From: Myxococcota bacterium
Lineage (GTDB): Bacteria; Myxococcota_A; UBA9160; SZUA-336
Assembly: GCA_965247115.1 (NCBI GenBank)
Contig: CBDFGR010000002.1
Span: 224,001 to 288,000, forward strand
Length of the DNA: 64,000 nucleotides
Reading direction: 5' to 3'
The notes beneath the pieces are model-generated. The model saw nothing but the letters and a program-made list of their open reading frames with translations, was not told the DNA's origin and searched no databases. This document shows, piece after piece, positions 28,955 to 38,989 of the stretch. The position numbers and the translations under genes are program-made. Every line of letters begins with the position of its first letter. Within the stretch, counting starts at the first letter, position 1.

Positions 28955-30951
28955 GTCCTGCGGAACCTCCCACTGACGTCGAACCACGGCACGACAGCGT
29001 CGATGGCGATGCGACTGTTCGACAGATTCTCGATCAGAATCTGGTGGAATGGCGCCTGGCGTCCAACCGGGATCCGTCGGATGACTTTCTCCTCGCCAGG
29101 GGCACCGGGCGTCAGGTCAATGGTCTCGATCAGGTAAGGCGCGGCAACGTACCCTCCGCTGATCTTGACAGTGAGCTGCACTCCCGGGTTCGCATCGGCA
29201 ATGATGTCGAGCTTCCCGAGGCGCACTTTGCGCATCGCTCCCCTGCGCCCGTCCACGAGCGGATTTAGGCGCTGGGACAGCATCGTCAACTGGAAGAGCG
29301 ACTCCTGCGGCTGCTCGTTTCCGTCGAGGGTGTGATCGAAGTACTGACCGCTCACGGGCTGATAGACTCGGCTCTCTCGATCGCCTGCCAGTGGAATCGG
29401 GAATCCCGCGCTCAGGCCTCCCTCGTCCCACGCGAACTCCGAGGTATCCCAAGTCCCGGGCGCGGTATCCCAGGTGAGCTCTGTACCGGCGGACATCTCA
29501 CCGAAGCAGTGCGCTGGGAACTCGTGAACGAAGCACGCCAGGGTCAGCGTGTTGATCGCGAGTATTTCCGTCGGGAACGATTGGCCACTGGCCGCGTAAG
29601 CGAGCCACGCCTCGTGCAGCGGCTCGAGTTCTGCGCCATACACGAATGCCGCAGCCTCGGGGTCCGCCTTCAGCACGAAGTCTGGGATCTCCCCTGCTTT
29701 GAAGGCCAGGGCCTCGTTTCCATCGCAGCGGAGAAGAGAGGTTCTACCCCAGATGATCGCCTCGTCGACGACCGACACTCCGCCGAACCGTGACAGCGAA
29801 TCGCCTTCGCCGCGAAGTCGGCGGAACGAGAATGGCGCGAGCGGGTCGGGATCGCCGACGAGCTCGAAGACCTCCGCTTTCTTGTCGCAGAAGATGATGC
29901 ACTTGTCACCGATCAGCCGTACGTGTTGGATGTGACTCTCGCTCGGCACGTCGGCGCTATCGAGCCCATCGAAAGTCTCGAGCTGGTCCACGCGTAGCCA
30001 GCGAACGCGACGCTGCTTGTCATTGCCGCCTTCCGTCGTGCGGAAATAGACGAGCCGCTGTTTGAACTGCAAGGTCGCGTATGCGCTGGCGATGTCCTTG
30101 TCCGTGCCCCCCGGTGTCGTCAGATCGGTCTTCTGCTCTCGGAGCCCGCCAACGGGATCCCACAGCATCGGCTTATCCTTGCGATTGTTCATCACCAGCA
30201 CGTTCTGCATGACCGTGAAATCCATGAAGTGCTGCTCTAGCCCGCTCCAGGTGTCGGACCCCGTTACATCGGTCACGCCCGCCGCCGCTGGGTTCGTCTC
30301 CTCGAACCGCTCCTCGGCGCCGTTGAGCTTCCAGAGGCGCCGAGTGTCCAGCGCGACGACCTGTTTTGACCCCGCTGCGTCGACGAACCCGTAGATACCG
30401 ACGACCGGGAGCTTGCGGTTGTACTCGTAGTCGATCTTGATGTCCGCGAGCGCGTCGAAGGATCCGACGGAAGACAGCGTGACGTACCACTTGCCGTTCG
30501 CGACGTTGATCTGCGCAGCGGAGATACTCGCGATCTGCGCCGCCACGCCTCCGTCCCACGACTCGAGGTTCCAGATCGTCCCGCTAGCGAAGACATCGAT
30601 CCGGAAGTAGTACGGTGGGATGTTGAGGTTGATATTGTACAGCGACGGACTCGGCTCTTTCGGGAGGATCGGCTTGTTCGTAATTTTGCTCGCGTTGCTT
30701 ACCGTCGGAAGCGAAGGCCAATTGCCGATCGTCGCCGGCGTCGGCCCGGCTCCTGTGTCTCCGAGGTCCTCCTGGGTGAGCTCCGTTCCCAGCGTCGCAA
30801 AGTGCTTGAAGCCTTGCCGCTTGAACGCGCGCCCTCGGAAGATCCGGACGTTCTTCAGCTCGCGCCATGCACTCTGCGGGGAGATCCATGGCTCCTTACC
30901 TTCGTACGCGCCGAACTCGAGATCTGCGATGGGGAACGGTTCGTACGACAC
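28951..30951 (-). CDS. Tail nozzle / packaged DNA stabilization protein (P22 gp10 / tubular B-like)
   Basis: 666 aa beta-rich; NVRIFRGRAFKRQGF start and RRVRW motif; synteny. Confidence 0.65.
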   Translation of the reverse strand: MSYEPFPIADLEFGAYEGKEPWISPQSAWRELKNVRIFRGRAFKRQGFKHFATLGTELTQEDLGDTGAGPTPATIGNWPSLPTVSNASKITNKPILPKEPSPSLYNINLNIPPYYFRIDVFASGTIWNLESWDGGVAAQIASISAAQINVANGKWYVTLSSVGSFDALADIKIDYEYNRKLPVVGIYGFVDAAGSKQVVALDTRRLWKLNGAEERFEETNPAAAGVTDVTGSDTWSGLEQHFMDFTVMQNVLVMNNRKDKPMLWDPVGGLREQKTDLTTPGGTDKDIASAYATLQFKQRLVYFRTTEGGNDKQRRVRWLRVDQLETFDGLDSADVPSESHIQHVRLIGDKCIIFCDKKAEVFELVGDPDPLAPFSFRRLRGEGDSLSRFGGVSVVDEAIIWGRTSLLRCDGNEALAFKAGEIPDFVLKADPEAAAFVYGAELEPLHEAWLAYAASGQSFPTEILAINTLTLACFVHEFPAHCFGEMSAGTELTWDTAPGTWDTSEFAWDEGGLSAGFPIPLAGDRESRVYQPVSGQYFDHTLDGNEQPQESLFQLTMLSQRLNPLVDGRRGAMRKVRLGKLDIIADANPGVQLTVKISGGYVAAPYLIETIDLTPGAPGEEKVIRRIPVGRQAPFHQILIENLSNSRIAIDAVVPWFDVSGRFRRT

Positions 30952-31745
30952 TATGGGTCGTCCCCGTCTACGCTTCCGGGACCGTCATTCGTGATGGAGC
31001 CGCTGCCAATCTTGTTCGCACCCGCAGCGCCGCCTGCTGCACCACCTACCCCGCCACCCGCGTTCGTGGGAGCGCCGCCCGAGCCTCCGGTCCTGCCAGG
31101 CGAGTTGGGCGGGGCCGTACCGCCGCTCCCGCCGCCGCCGCCTCCCCAGAGTTCGAGCGTCGCTCCGATCTCGGGACGCAGGTGGATGTCCTCTCCGACG
31201 TTAGGGGCCTCCAGCGCAGGACCACCCACTCCCCCCGCGCCGAGACTGCGCGCGACCGAGCCGGCGGAGGACGTGCCCGCTCCCCCGGCACCGCCCGCCG
31301 TGGCCGTGCCGGCGAGACCGTTGACGGCCGGCGCTTCACCATCCCCGCCGAGGCCGACCTGAGCACCACCGCCGCCGCCGCCGCCCCCGCCCTTGCTGCC
31401 CGAGATGAACGGAGGCGAACTCACCCTCACCGCGCCCTGGCCGCCCGCTCCGCCCTTGCCAACAATCCGCGCGGAGTTCGTGCCCTGGACGACGATGTTG
31501 ACGTCCCAGCCCGTCCCCCAGCCGGTGCCTCGAGTCATCGCCGGCGTAGCAGTGGAGGTGGATCCGATTTCGATGCTGTTCTGGATTATGACCTGGACGA
31601 GACCGTTCGTTACGTTATTGGCAGGATCGAACGAGCCACCAGCGTTCTGCGCTTCCGTGAAGATGTTGTAATCGTTCACATCTGCGTTGATCGAGAGCTC
31701 GATCAGTGGTTCGCGGCCGAAGTGTGAGACCGGAAATGGATACAT
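30951..31745 (-). CDS. Glycine-rich tail fibre / receptor-binding protein
   Basis: Polyglycine GGxGG tracts after a short N-terminal domain. Confidence 0.6.
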   Translation of the reverse strand: MYPFPVSHFGREPLIELSINADVNDYNIFTEAQNAGGSFDPANNVTNGLVQVIIQNSIEIGSTSTATPAMTRGTGWGTGWDVNIVVQGTNSARIVGKGGAGGQGAVRVSSPPFISGSKGGGGGGGGGAQVGLGGDGEAPAVNGLAGTATAGGAGGAGTSSAGSVARSLGAGGVGGPALEAPNVGEDIHLRPEIGATLELWGGGGGGSGGTAPPNSPGRTGGSGGAPTNAGGGVGGAAGGAAGANKIGSGSITNDGPGSVDGDDP

Positions 31746-32381
31746 CTAGCTGAAGTCCAGCTGGGCGACGCCGTAGAGATTGGTTCCGTCGCTCACGAAG
31801 GTGAGGATGCTGACGTCGCTCGCGCCCGCCGCGACGACGGGGACCGTGCCGCCCGGGAATTTATAGGTCGCGTGGTACGCGAGTGTGCGGCCGCCGGTCC
31901 CATCCTGCTTGACGATCAGGATGTAGGTCCCACCCGCGTGCTTGTTCGAGAGAGAGCCGAGCGTGCGGTTGCCTCCGAGCGTCACGATGGCGACTTGCTG
32001 CGTATCTCCATTCCACGTGATCGTCGCGGCGTCCGTCAGCGTGACCTGATCGAAGCCCTTGTACCCCGTCATCTCGGTGACGACGCCGACACCGATGCCG
32101 AGGCTCTGCCAGGCCGCGCCGTCGTAATATTGGAGCTGCTTGAGGTCGCTCCGGATGTAGAGGCGTCCGGCGAAGAGCTGGGCCCCGGGGAGTGCTGCCT
32201 GCGCCGTGGCATTGCCTGTAGCGAACTTATGTAGGCCCGAAGTGCCAGTCGCGCCTCCAGTTCCGGGGAACGTGTGCTCGCGATTCAGCGCCTCCTCGAG
32301 GTGCGCGTTGTTCGCGCGAATATTGTCATCAGAGACTTTTAATGAGTCGCTTCCCGCTGGCTTGTTCTTGTCCCAGGCCAT
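31746..32381 (-). CDS. Tail fibre protein
   Basis: MAWDKNKPAG...DDNIR N-terminus; VTLGGNRT, KQDGTGGRT, FVSDGTNLYG domain. Confidence 0.7.
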   Translation of the reverse strand: MAWDKNKPAGSDSLKVSDDNIRANNAHLEEALNREHTFPGTGGATGTSGLHKFATGNATAQAALPGAQLFAGRLYIRSDLKQLQYYDGAAWQSLGIGVGVVTEMTGYKGFDQVTLTDAATITWNGDTQQVAIVTLGGNRTLGSLSNKHAGGTYILIVKQDGTGGRTLAYHATYKFPGGTVPVVAAGASDVSILTFVSDGTNLYGVAQLDFS

Positions 32382-33055
32382 CAGAAATCCGCTCGGTTGG
32401 GCGCGGCCCGATGCGTCGCGCCCGACGTAGTCTGAAGATTGCGGAGCGTCGCTTCCCAGAGCGGAGTGAAGCGCTGCACGATCTCGTCGTCGCCCTCGAG
32501 GAGCGCGGTGAACAGGGTAGCTCCGGCCACCACGGCATCCTCGAGATCGAGAGCGATTGCGCTCACGTCGTTGTCGTCTGTAGGCGCCGGAGGATAGATG
32601 TTGCCGTAGAGCGTCAGCTTCCAGGGGCCCGCTGTGTCATCAAGGATCGGACGGAACTGCACCGTCTTGCCGCGCACGAGCACGCGGTCGGGCGTGCCCT
32701 TCGAGAGATCCTCGAAACCGAGGCCGCGCCAGAAGTCGTCTGACGAGCTGTACCAGCGCGGGCGTACGTCCGTACCCGCGGCGTTCACGAGGATGAGTGG
32801 CAAGTGCAGGCTGTGCGCGTCCGCGGGCCAGTCGTAGATGCCGGTGGCGTCCCCCGAGATCGGGTTGGCGGTGTCCGCGATGGTGAGTTTGTTCGAGCCC
32901 TTGCGGAGGTGAGAGTTGACGAACTGCGGGATGCGCACTCGGAGGGTGCGAACTAGCTGCCTCCGGACGCGCACTCCGATCGTGCTCGTCGGCATCTCGC
33001 CCACGTACCCGAGGTTCTCGAGCCCCTCTCTGAGCAGGTCATTGACGCTCGGCAC
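32381..33055 (-). CDS. Head-tail adaptor (tubular A / gp4-like)
   Basis: GTPDR..FRPI motif; position after the capsid genes. Confidence 0.6.
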   Translation of the reverse strand: MPSVNDLLREGLENLGYVGEMPTSTIGVRVRRQLVRTLRVRIPQFVNSHLRKGSNKLTIADTANPISGDATGIYDWPADAHSLHLPLILVNAAGTDVRPRWYSSSDDFWRGLGFEDLSKGTPDRVLVRGKTVQFRPILDDTAGPWKLTLYGNIYPPAPTDDNDVSAIALDLEDAVVAGATLFTALLEGDDEIVQRFTPLWEATLRNLQTTSGATHRAAPNRADF

Positions 33056-33073
33056 GTCACCCCCGTCGAAATC

Positions 33074-33469
33074 CTACTGCGGCTCAGGACCTGGACGTGT
33101 CGCCATCACCATGACGTTGAACACGCCGTCGCCATCCGCCGCCAAGGAAACCTCGAGCTGCAGCAGCGTGTCGGCCGCAAGCGGCGCGTTCAGCGTCTGC
33201 GACTTGGTCATCGAAGTCAGACCCAAAGCGTCCGCGGCGCTGCTCACGTAGATCGTCGCACCGCCGATGATGCGGATGAGCGGGTTCACGGCCCCGGTAT
33301 CCGTGTCGGCCGTGGTAACGGCGATCCAGCAGTCGAGAATCACCGACCCCTTGGGAAGATCCCAGAGGTCGTCCTTCTCGAGGGCGACGTTGAGGCCCGT
33401 AACGCCCGGCTTCCAGAAGGTGGATACCAGGCCCGAGTGGACCGCCAAGCTCCGCATGCCTCTACTCAT
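33074..33469 (-). CDS. Putative capsid decoration protein
   Basis: Beta-rich LPKGSVIL motif; directly after the MCP. Confidence 0.5.
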   Translation of the reverse strand: MSRGMRSLAVHSGLVSTFWKPGVTGLNVALEKDDLWDLPKGSVILDCWIAVTTADTDTGAVNPLIRIIGGATIYVSSAADALGLTSMTKSQTLNAPLAADTLLQLEVSLAADGDGVFNVMVMATRPGPEPQ

Positions 33470-33494
33470 CTCATGCTTCCTTTCAAGAGACGGC

Positions 33495-34550
33495 CTACGC
33501 GGACGGCCCGTCCTTGGTGTCGATGCGGATCGTGGCGAAGTCCGCAGCTCCACCGCCGGTGTTGAACTGCGGCTTGCTCATCCCGACGACGATCCCGGCC
33601 GCGACGCCTTGCTCGTTGCCGTAGTCGTCGAGAGACTCCGCCCAGTTGAGGAATGTCCCCCCACCGAAGGCCTGGCGCCGGACGCGCGGTAGCGCGTTGC
33701 CGAAGGCCACAACCATCGACTGCGCACCCATGAGGAGCGCGTGCGAGCGATTCCCGGCGTCACCGATCGCGATCACCAGTCTCGGCAGGTAGTCGCTCGA
33801 GTGGATGATCACGTCGTTGTAGATGCCGAGCGCGCCGGTGAAGAGTGGATTTCGGCTCCCGCGAGGACTCGAGTCCCGGTGAAGTTGCTGCCACTCGGTA
33901 GTCCGCTTGAGCGCGGTCTCCTGGAACGGCGTGAGGTACATGACGTACATCTGCCGCCCCTCGACCATTGCAGGTCGGATCGTCGGCACGGCCGTCCGCG
34001 CCTTCTCCTTCGCGAAATCGATGTACTCGAGCGTGAACGTCGCCGTCGTCGCATCGATCTTGTGCTCCGCGTCCGGAGCGCGCAGCGCGTTACCTGCGAA
34101 AGGGAGGGCGGTCGAGAGAGTACCGTACGCGATTCCGCACGCATAGGCGAACAGGAACTCGTCCAGGATCACCGCCCAGCGGTTGCGCAGGTTGCGCCGC
34201 GCATCCTCGCGCAGGTCGTGGACCGTGCGCTGCTGCGACATGCCCTTGAACTCGTGCGCGAGCCGCTTCTGGTCGATCAGCAGGCTGTCCTGGTAGTACC
34301 GGAGAGCCTCGCCCTTCCCCTTCAGGCGCTCGTCGCCGTCGACGCCGTAGCCCTGAAACTGTACGAGCAGATCGAACTTGACCTGGTCGCCCGCCCCTCG
34401 CTGCAGCTCGTCGAGCCGCTGCACGATGGCGGTGTCCGTCGTTCCCATGAGCTGTCGAAACCGAGTCTGGAGGATCGCCTCGATGAAGGTGACCCGACTC
34501 CAGACCTTTACCGTCTGGGGATCGTTCGTCCCGAATTCGGTGAAGGCCAA
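33495..34550 (-). CDS. Major capsid protein, N4-gp56 / DUF4043 family
   Basis: AGGAGG + TTG start (MAFTEFGTNDP), AGDQVKFDL, RGSRNPLFTGALG, DDYGNE. Confidence 0.88.
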   Translation of the reverse strand: MAFTEFGTNDPQTVKVWSRVTFIEAILQTRFRQLMGTTDTAIVQRLDELQRGAGDQVKFDLLVQFQGYGVDGDERLKGKGEALRYYQDSLLIDQKRLAHEFKGMSQQRTVHDLREDARRNLRNRWAVILDEFLFAYACGIAYGTLSTALPFAGNALRAPDAEHKIDATTATFTLEYIDFAKEKARTAVPTIRPAMVEGRQMYVMYLTPFQETALKRTTEWQQLHRDSSPRGSRNPLFTGALGIYNDVIIHSSDYLPRLVIAIGDAGNRSHALLMGAQSMVVAFGNALPRVRRQAFGGGTFLNWAESLDDYGNEQGVAAGIVVGMSKPQFNTGGGAADFATIRIDTKDGPSA

Positions 34551-34727
34551 AACCAACCCTCCTGGTGGAAGTCACTCGCCATGTCTGTCTGCGAGAGATG
34601 CACTCTGCATCTCCCAGTTCCAGATCGGCTCTGGCGAAGCCACTTCACGGATTGGTTAGGCCCGTGCGCCCACGTCCGGTTTAGGTTCCGGCAACCACGT
34701 CACGGCTTCTCGGCGCCGTGCAGCCTT

Positions 34728-36020
34728 CTAATTTGGAGGCGTGGACGACTCGAGCTCTCGAATCGCACCCTGCATCAGCCTCTCCACCTCTTCCGGGTTC
34801 TCCCGGACGAGCTGGTCTATGGTCTGATCGAACAGCTTGTTCATGTGCGAGTCCGGTTCGGGTCGAACGCCCCCACGGCGATTCATGGTAGGAGGCTTTT
34901 CTGGGAGAGGCAAGGCTGGGCTTGCCGTAGCTGCTGGCGGAGTCGCGCTCGGCGCCGGCGCCGCAGGTTCCGTCGGGCTTCCCGGGACCGCGGGTTCCGG
35001 AGTTGCGTCCGGAGCCAGTCCGGTTGCCTCCCCGGCCGGCCGCCCTCCCGGAAACCACTTGCGGCTGTACCCCCTTACGATGCGTTCGAGCACGCGACCA
35101 CCGTGCACCATGTCCATCAGGTCCTCGACCTCGACGTCGGGGTAGTGCTCGTTCATCTGCTCATCCAGCCGGTACGCCTGAATCACGCGCAGCGTGTCAT
35201 CCTCGGTGGTGAGCTGGTGACCAAACTTCGCCACGGCGCTGCGAACTCCGCTGGCAATGAACTGACGAGCGAGCTCCAAGCGATCGAGCGTGCGCGCGTT
35301 CGCGGGATCTCGCGTTGCGATCGCTGCTATCTCGCTCTGAAGCTGCGTTCGTGACTCCGCGGCGGGATCCGGTTCGGGCGTCTCTGGCTCGGGTGAGACG
35401 CTCTTGAGGAACTTCTCCGCGTGCTCCGTGGGGATATAGAACTCGCCGGTCTCCTCGTCCCGCTCCACTTGCAGGCGCTCCGGCTTCTTCGGCTCGGCCG
35501 TCGGTTGTGGCGGTGCGGCGGCTCCGCGCACCTGGTGCAGAAGCGCCTCCGCGGCTCGCCGGCGAGCTTCCGACTCGAGCACCACGGATCTCAGATTCTC
35601 GGCCTCGCTCGTGGCCTCGGAGCGCTGCTGGTTCGAGCGCGCGATCGCTCCGCGCTGGCCGACGTACTGGCTGTAGAGGCCCAGGATCTCCTCGCGCGCG
35701 GGCTGTTGTAGGTCGAGACGACCGACCCACTCCTTGAACTTCTCCGGGTCCGAGAGCGGCGAGTCCGCTGCGGGCGCTCCGACGACCGGCTCGACGGGTG
35801 CTTCCACGATCGGCATCGGAGGCTCTGCGGTCACAGTCGGCGCGGGCGTGACGGACGGCTCCGGAACCGCTGGTTTCTTGGTCGGCTCGGTCGCGGGATC
35901 GGGTTCTGGCTCCGGCGGTCTCAGAACCTCCAGGTCCTCGGCCGTGACTTCCATGCCCTCCATGCCTTCGATCTTCGGGAGTTCGGGCCCCGGAACGACC
36001 GTGGTCTCCTTGTCAGCCAT
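34728..36020 (-). CDS. Scaffolding protein
   Basis: Acidic Pro/Glu-rich with coiled coil, between portal and MCP. Confidence 0.65.
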   Translation of the reverse strand: MADKETTVVPGPELPKIEGMEGMEVTAEDLEVLRPPEPEPDPATEPTKKPAVPEPSVTPAPTVTAEPPMPIVEAPVEPVVGAPAADSPLSDPEKFKEWVGRLDLQQPAREEILGLYSQYVGQRGAIARSNQQRSEATSEAENLRSVVLESEARRRAAEALLHQVRGAAAPPQPTAEPKKPERLQVERDEETGEFYIPTEHAEKFLKSVSPEPETPEPDPAAESRTQLQSEIAAIATRDPANARTLDRLELARQFIASGVRSAVAKFGHQLTTEDDTLRVIQAYRLDEQMNEHYPDVEVEDLMDMVHGGRVLERIVRGYSRKWFPGGRPAGEATGLAPDATPEPAVPGSPTEPAAPAPSATPPAATASPALPLPEKPPTMNRRGGVRPEPDSHMNKLFDQTIDQLVRENPEEVERLMQGAIRELESSTPPN

Positions 36021-36267
36021 GCCTACGTTCTCCTTCTGGCGCCGGGGCGATCTCGCCCACTACGCGCGGTCTGTTCTGCAGCTGCGTCGTTTCAACGCGC
36101 AGCGAGTTCACGTACTCCTTCAGGTCGCTCACGAGGTACCGGATGCACTGCCGCGATAGCCGGATGAACGGGGGGCCGTGCCGCTTGCGTCGCCACTCCC
36201 ACATTTGCCTCGTAGAGATGCCGAGAAATCGCGCAGCCTCTTCCGTGGTCCACAGCTCGTCTTCCAT
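36013..36267 (-). CDS. AlpA/excisionase-like HTH protein
   Basis: WTTEEAARFLGIS...WR...GPPFIRLS..IRY...DL. Confidence 0.8.
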   Translation of the reverse strand: MEDELWTTEEAARFLGISTRQMWEWRRKRHGPPFIRLSRQCIRYLVSDLKEYVNSLRVETTQLQNRPRVVGEIAPAPEGERRHG

Positions 36268-36279
36268 GCCTTCGTCGTC

Positions 36280-38433
36280 CTAGATGCCGGGGCGTACGCC
36301 GCGGTCGGCTTCGGCCAGCATTCGCGCATCGAGCGCGATCTCTGGGTTCAACACGGGATCCTGCAGGCGCGTCTCTTCCTCCATGTCCGCGAAGCGGAGG
36401 AAGTCGCCAAGGGTCTCGAGCAGCACCTGCTTCTCGTCGTCGTCGGCCTTCTGGTACACCGCGAGCAGCCGCGCCAGGAAATCGCGCTCGCTCTTTAGGT
36501 CCTGGACGAGCTCGAGCTGGGTGTTGTGGCGCTCTCGCTCCTCGAGTTCGCCAGCCTTGAGCTGCGTCTCGAGCTTCTGGATCGCCATGTCGGAGGCCAG
36601 CTTCGCCGACAGCTGCTGCTGCGACTGGCTCGTCTGCTCGGCCTGCGCGCGATTCAGCGCCTCGATGTGAGCTACCAGTCTGTTCCGCTTGTCTTGCGCG
36701 ATCGGCAGCTGATCGACGAGCACGGTCGGATCGATCGGCACCTGGAACTGCACCATCTGCAGCATGATCTGGAGCTGCAGGAGCGAGATGGTCGTGTTCG
36801 CAGCCGTTAGATCCAGCTCGATGTCCCACTCCATGTCGGCCAGGCCCGAGATCCGCGCGGACTCCTGGGTCGTGAGGTCCGTGACGACGCCGTCCCGGAC
36901 GCGCCAGCGGTTTGGATTCCCGAGCATGGCCTCGATCTGATTGTCCGGCAGCACGTTCACGATGATGTCGATGACAGCCTCGAGCTGACGTTTCTGGTAA
37001 CTCTGGTAGTTCTGCAGGTTCTTCGTGATCGCCATGATCGATCGGCGGTAACGCAAAAGCGCGGTGGTCGCGGGCTCGTTCGCCGCACGATCGCCCAGCA
37101 TGGTGTCGATATTCACGCCCGAAATCCGGAAGAACATCTGAAGTGCGCGGTCTGCCATTTCAGCGGAAGCGCTGGGCATCGTTGGCACCTCCCGCTTCTG
37201 GATCTTGCCTGCAGCCAAAGCGCCAGTCTTGAGCTTCGTGATCGCTCCGGCGGTCCTCATCGTTGTCTCCGCGTCGTCGTCATCCACGAACGCGTCGGCC
37301 TCGGCGAAAACACCGGGCATCACCTGAGTGTTTAGCATGTGCAGCGTCTGCGAGTGACGCTTGTTGATCTCTTTCTGCGGGTCGACCAGGTCGCGGATCA
37401 ACCCGCGCGGCTCGCCGGTCAGATGATCGCGGTCGCAGACGTACGCCTTGATGGAGAAGCCGCGCATCGGTACGGGCTGCACGTCGTCGAAAAGAATTTT
37501 CGTGCCGATGAGCTCGAGCCAACGGATCTCTTCCTCCCATACCGCCGAGAACTCGATCGGCAGGCCTGCCTGGCGGAATATGCGGAAATTCCGTTCGCTG
37601 ATGCGTTCGGCCTTTCGAGTGTTCGGATTCAACGCATAGAAGCGTCGCACCGACTGGCGATATTCCACGTGGAGCACTCGAATCAGTCGACGTCGTCGGT
37701 CGAAGTAGAGCGTGTCTTCCGCAGCACCGGGTAGATCCAGCGGACTCGTCGGCTGCACGTGGAGCTCTTGGCTCGTCTCGGGGATCTCGCGATACCCGAT
37801 ACCCGAGTGCACCCGCTCGAGCTCGAAGATCTCGCGCACCTCGGCTGCGTGCTGGGGGAACTCTTGCGCGAACTCCCCTTCTCGTAGCCATCGGTTCCAG
37901 ATGATGAACTGTGCATCCCGGAGATCTCGACGCTGAGCGCCTGGATCGATGAGGATCTCGAAGGGGTGGACGGGGTCGATGGTGAAGTCCAGAAACATCG
38001 GATTGCCGGCGCGCGGGTTCACGTCGACGACCGTGTACCCGATGCCGCCGATGCAGCCCTTCTCGAAGGCCTCCGAGTCGGCGAAATCCGCGTCTGTTTG
38101 ACGACGGATTGCCTTCCAGAGCCGGTTGAAGATCATCGCGCGAAACTGATCTTCGGGCCCGACGGGCATGGCACGGGCTTCCCGCTTCGCATCCTCGTGC
38201 GCGCCGATCATCTCGCGGATCACGACCTGCTGCAGGTTGAACGTCAGAGCAGGGCGATTCTGATCTTTCAGCACCGCGAGATCTTCGGGATCCCACTGGT
38301 TCTCGCCGCCGGAGTGGAAACGAAAATCCCGCCGCATCGTGAGGAACCACTTGTTCCACACATCGAGGGTCTGCGTGAAGAGGTTCCGAGCCGCTACGAG
38401 CTTCTGCTCTTCTGTCAGGCCGTGAAAGAACAT
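36280..38433 (-). CDS. Portal protein (P22-like)
   Basis: NQWDPED...RPALTFN, GLIRDLVDPQKEINKRHS, coiled C-terminal barrel. Confidence 0.88.
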   Translation of the reverse strand: MFFHGLTEEQKLVAARNLFTQTLDVWNKWFLTMRRDFRFHSGGENQWDPEDLAVLKDQNRPALTFNLQQVVIREMIGAHEDAKREARAMPVGPEDQFRAMIFNRLWKAIRRQTDADFADSEAFEKGCIGGIGYTVVDVNPRAGNPMFLDFTIDPVHPFEILIDPGAQRRDLRDAQFIIWNRWLREGEFAQEFPQHAAEVREIFELERVHSGIGYREIPETSQELHVQPTSPLDLPGAAEDTLYFDRRRRLIRVLHVEYRQSVRRFYALNPNTRKAERISERNFRIFRQAGLPIEFSAVWEEEIRWLELIGTKILFDDVQPVPMRGFSIKAYVCDRDHLTGEPRGLIRDLVDPQKEINKRHSQTLHMLNTQVMPGVFAEADAFVDDDDAETTMRTAGAITKLKTGALAAGKIQKREVPTMPSASAEMADRALQMFFRISGVNIDTMLGDRAANEPATTALLRYRRSIMAITKNLQNYQSYQKRQLEAVIDIIVNVLPDNQIEAMLGNPNRWRVRDGVVTDLTTQESARISGLADMEWDIELDLTAANTTISLLQLQIMLQMVQFQVPIDPTVLVDQLPIAQDKRNRLVAHIEALNRAQAEQTSQSQQQLSAKLASDMAIQKLETQLKAGELEERERHNTQLELVQDLKSERDFLARLLAVYQKADDDEKQVLLETLGDFLRFADMEEETRLQDPVLNPEIALDARMLAEADRGVRPGI

Positions 38434-38447
38434 GCGCCCTCAGGCTC

Positions 38448-38975
38448 CTACTCCTGCTCCGATGGGACCCGCTGCTGTGGCGGGTCGGTATTCGGAGTGT
38501 CGCCGCCGAACTCTTGGGGACCAGGACGTTCCCGGCCTTCGCCCGTCGGTGGCACCTCGGGGGGATCGCCCACCTCCGGCAGACGATTGGCGGTCGGGTT
38601 CGAAGGATCCTCGGGGTTCGGAGCGGGCGGCGCGACCGCCTTCGATTCATCGGGGACGAGATCTTCGCGGATCCCGCTCGGCAGTTTGTTGAACGCGACG
38701 CGCTCGTAATGGGCTTGGAAGTCCTGGGCCCGTTCGACGAATCGGTGGCTGTCACGGAGATCCTGGCACAGGTAGTCTCCCGTACCTCCGCCCGTCACGT
38801 ATGCGGGACAGATCTGCCCCTTGGCATTGCGGTACTGCCGCTGCCGCACGGTGAAGCCGCCCTCGCCGTACACCTGCTGAGCGCGCACGTACTGCCTGAC
38901 CTTCTTCTTCGGGTCCGGATCCGCGAGCTCGCGGACGTAGAAGTTCGCGTTCTTTGCCTCTTCCATCTCGAGCAT
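38448..38975 (-). CDS. Phage hypothetical protein
   Basis: ORF between terminase and portal with RBS; Pro-rich tail. Confidence 0.55.
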   Translation of the reverse strand: MLEMEEAKNANFYVRELADPDPKKKVRQYVRAQQVYGEGGFTVRQRQYRNAKGQICPAYVTGGGTGDYLCQDLRDSHRFVERAQDFQAHYERVAFNKLPSGIREDLVPDESKAVAPPAPNPEDPSNPTANRLPEVGDPPEVPPTGEGRERPGPQEFGGDTPNTDPPQQRVPSEQE

Positions 38976-38989
38976 CGTTTCTCTCCCTG

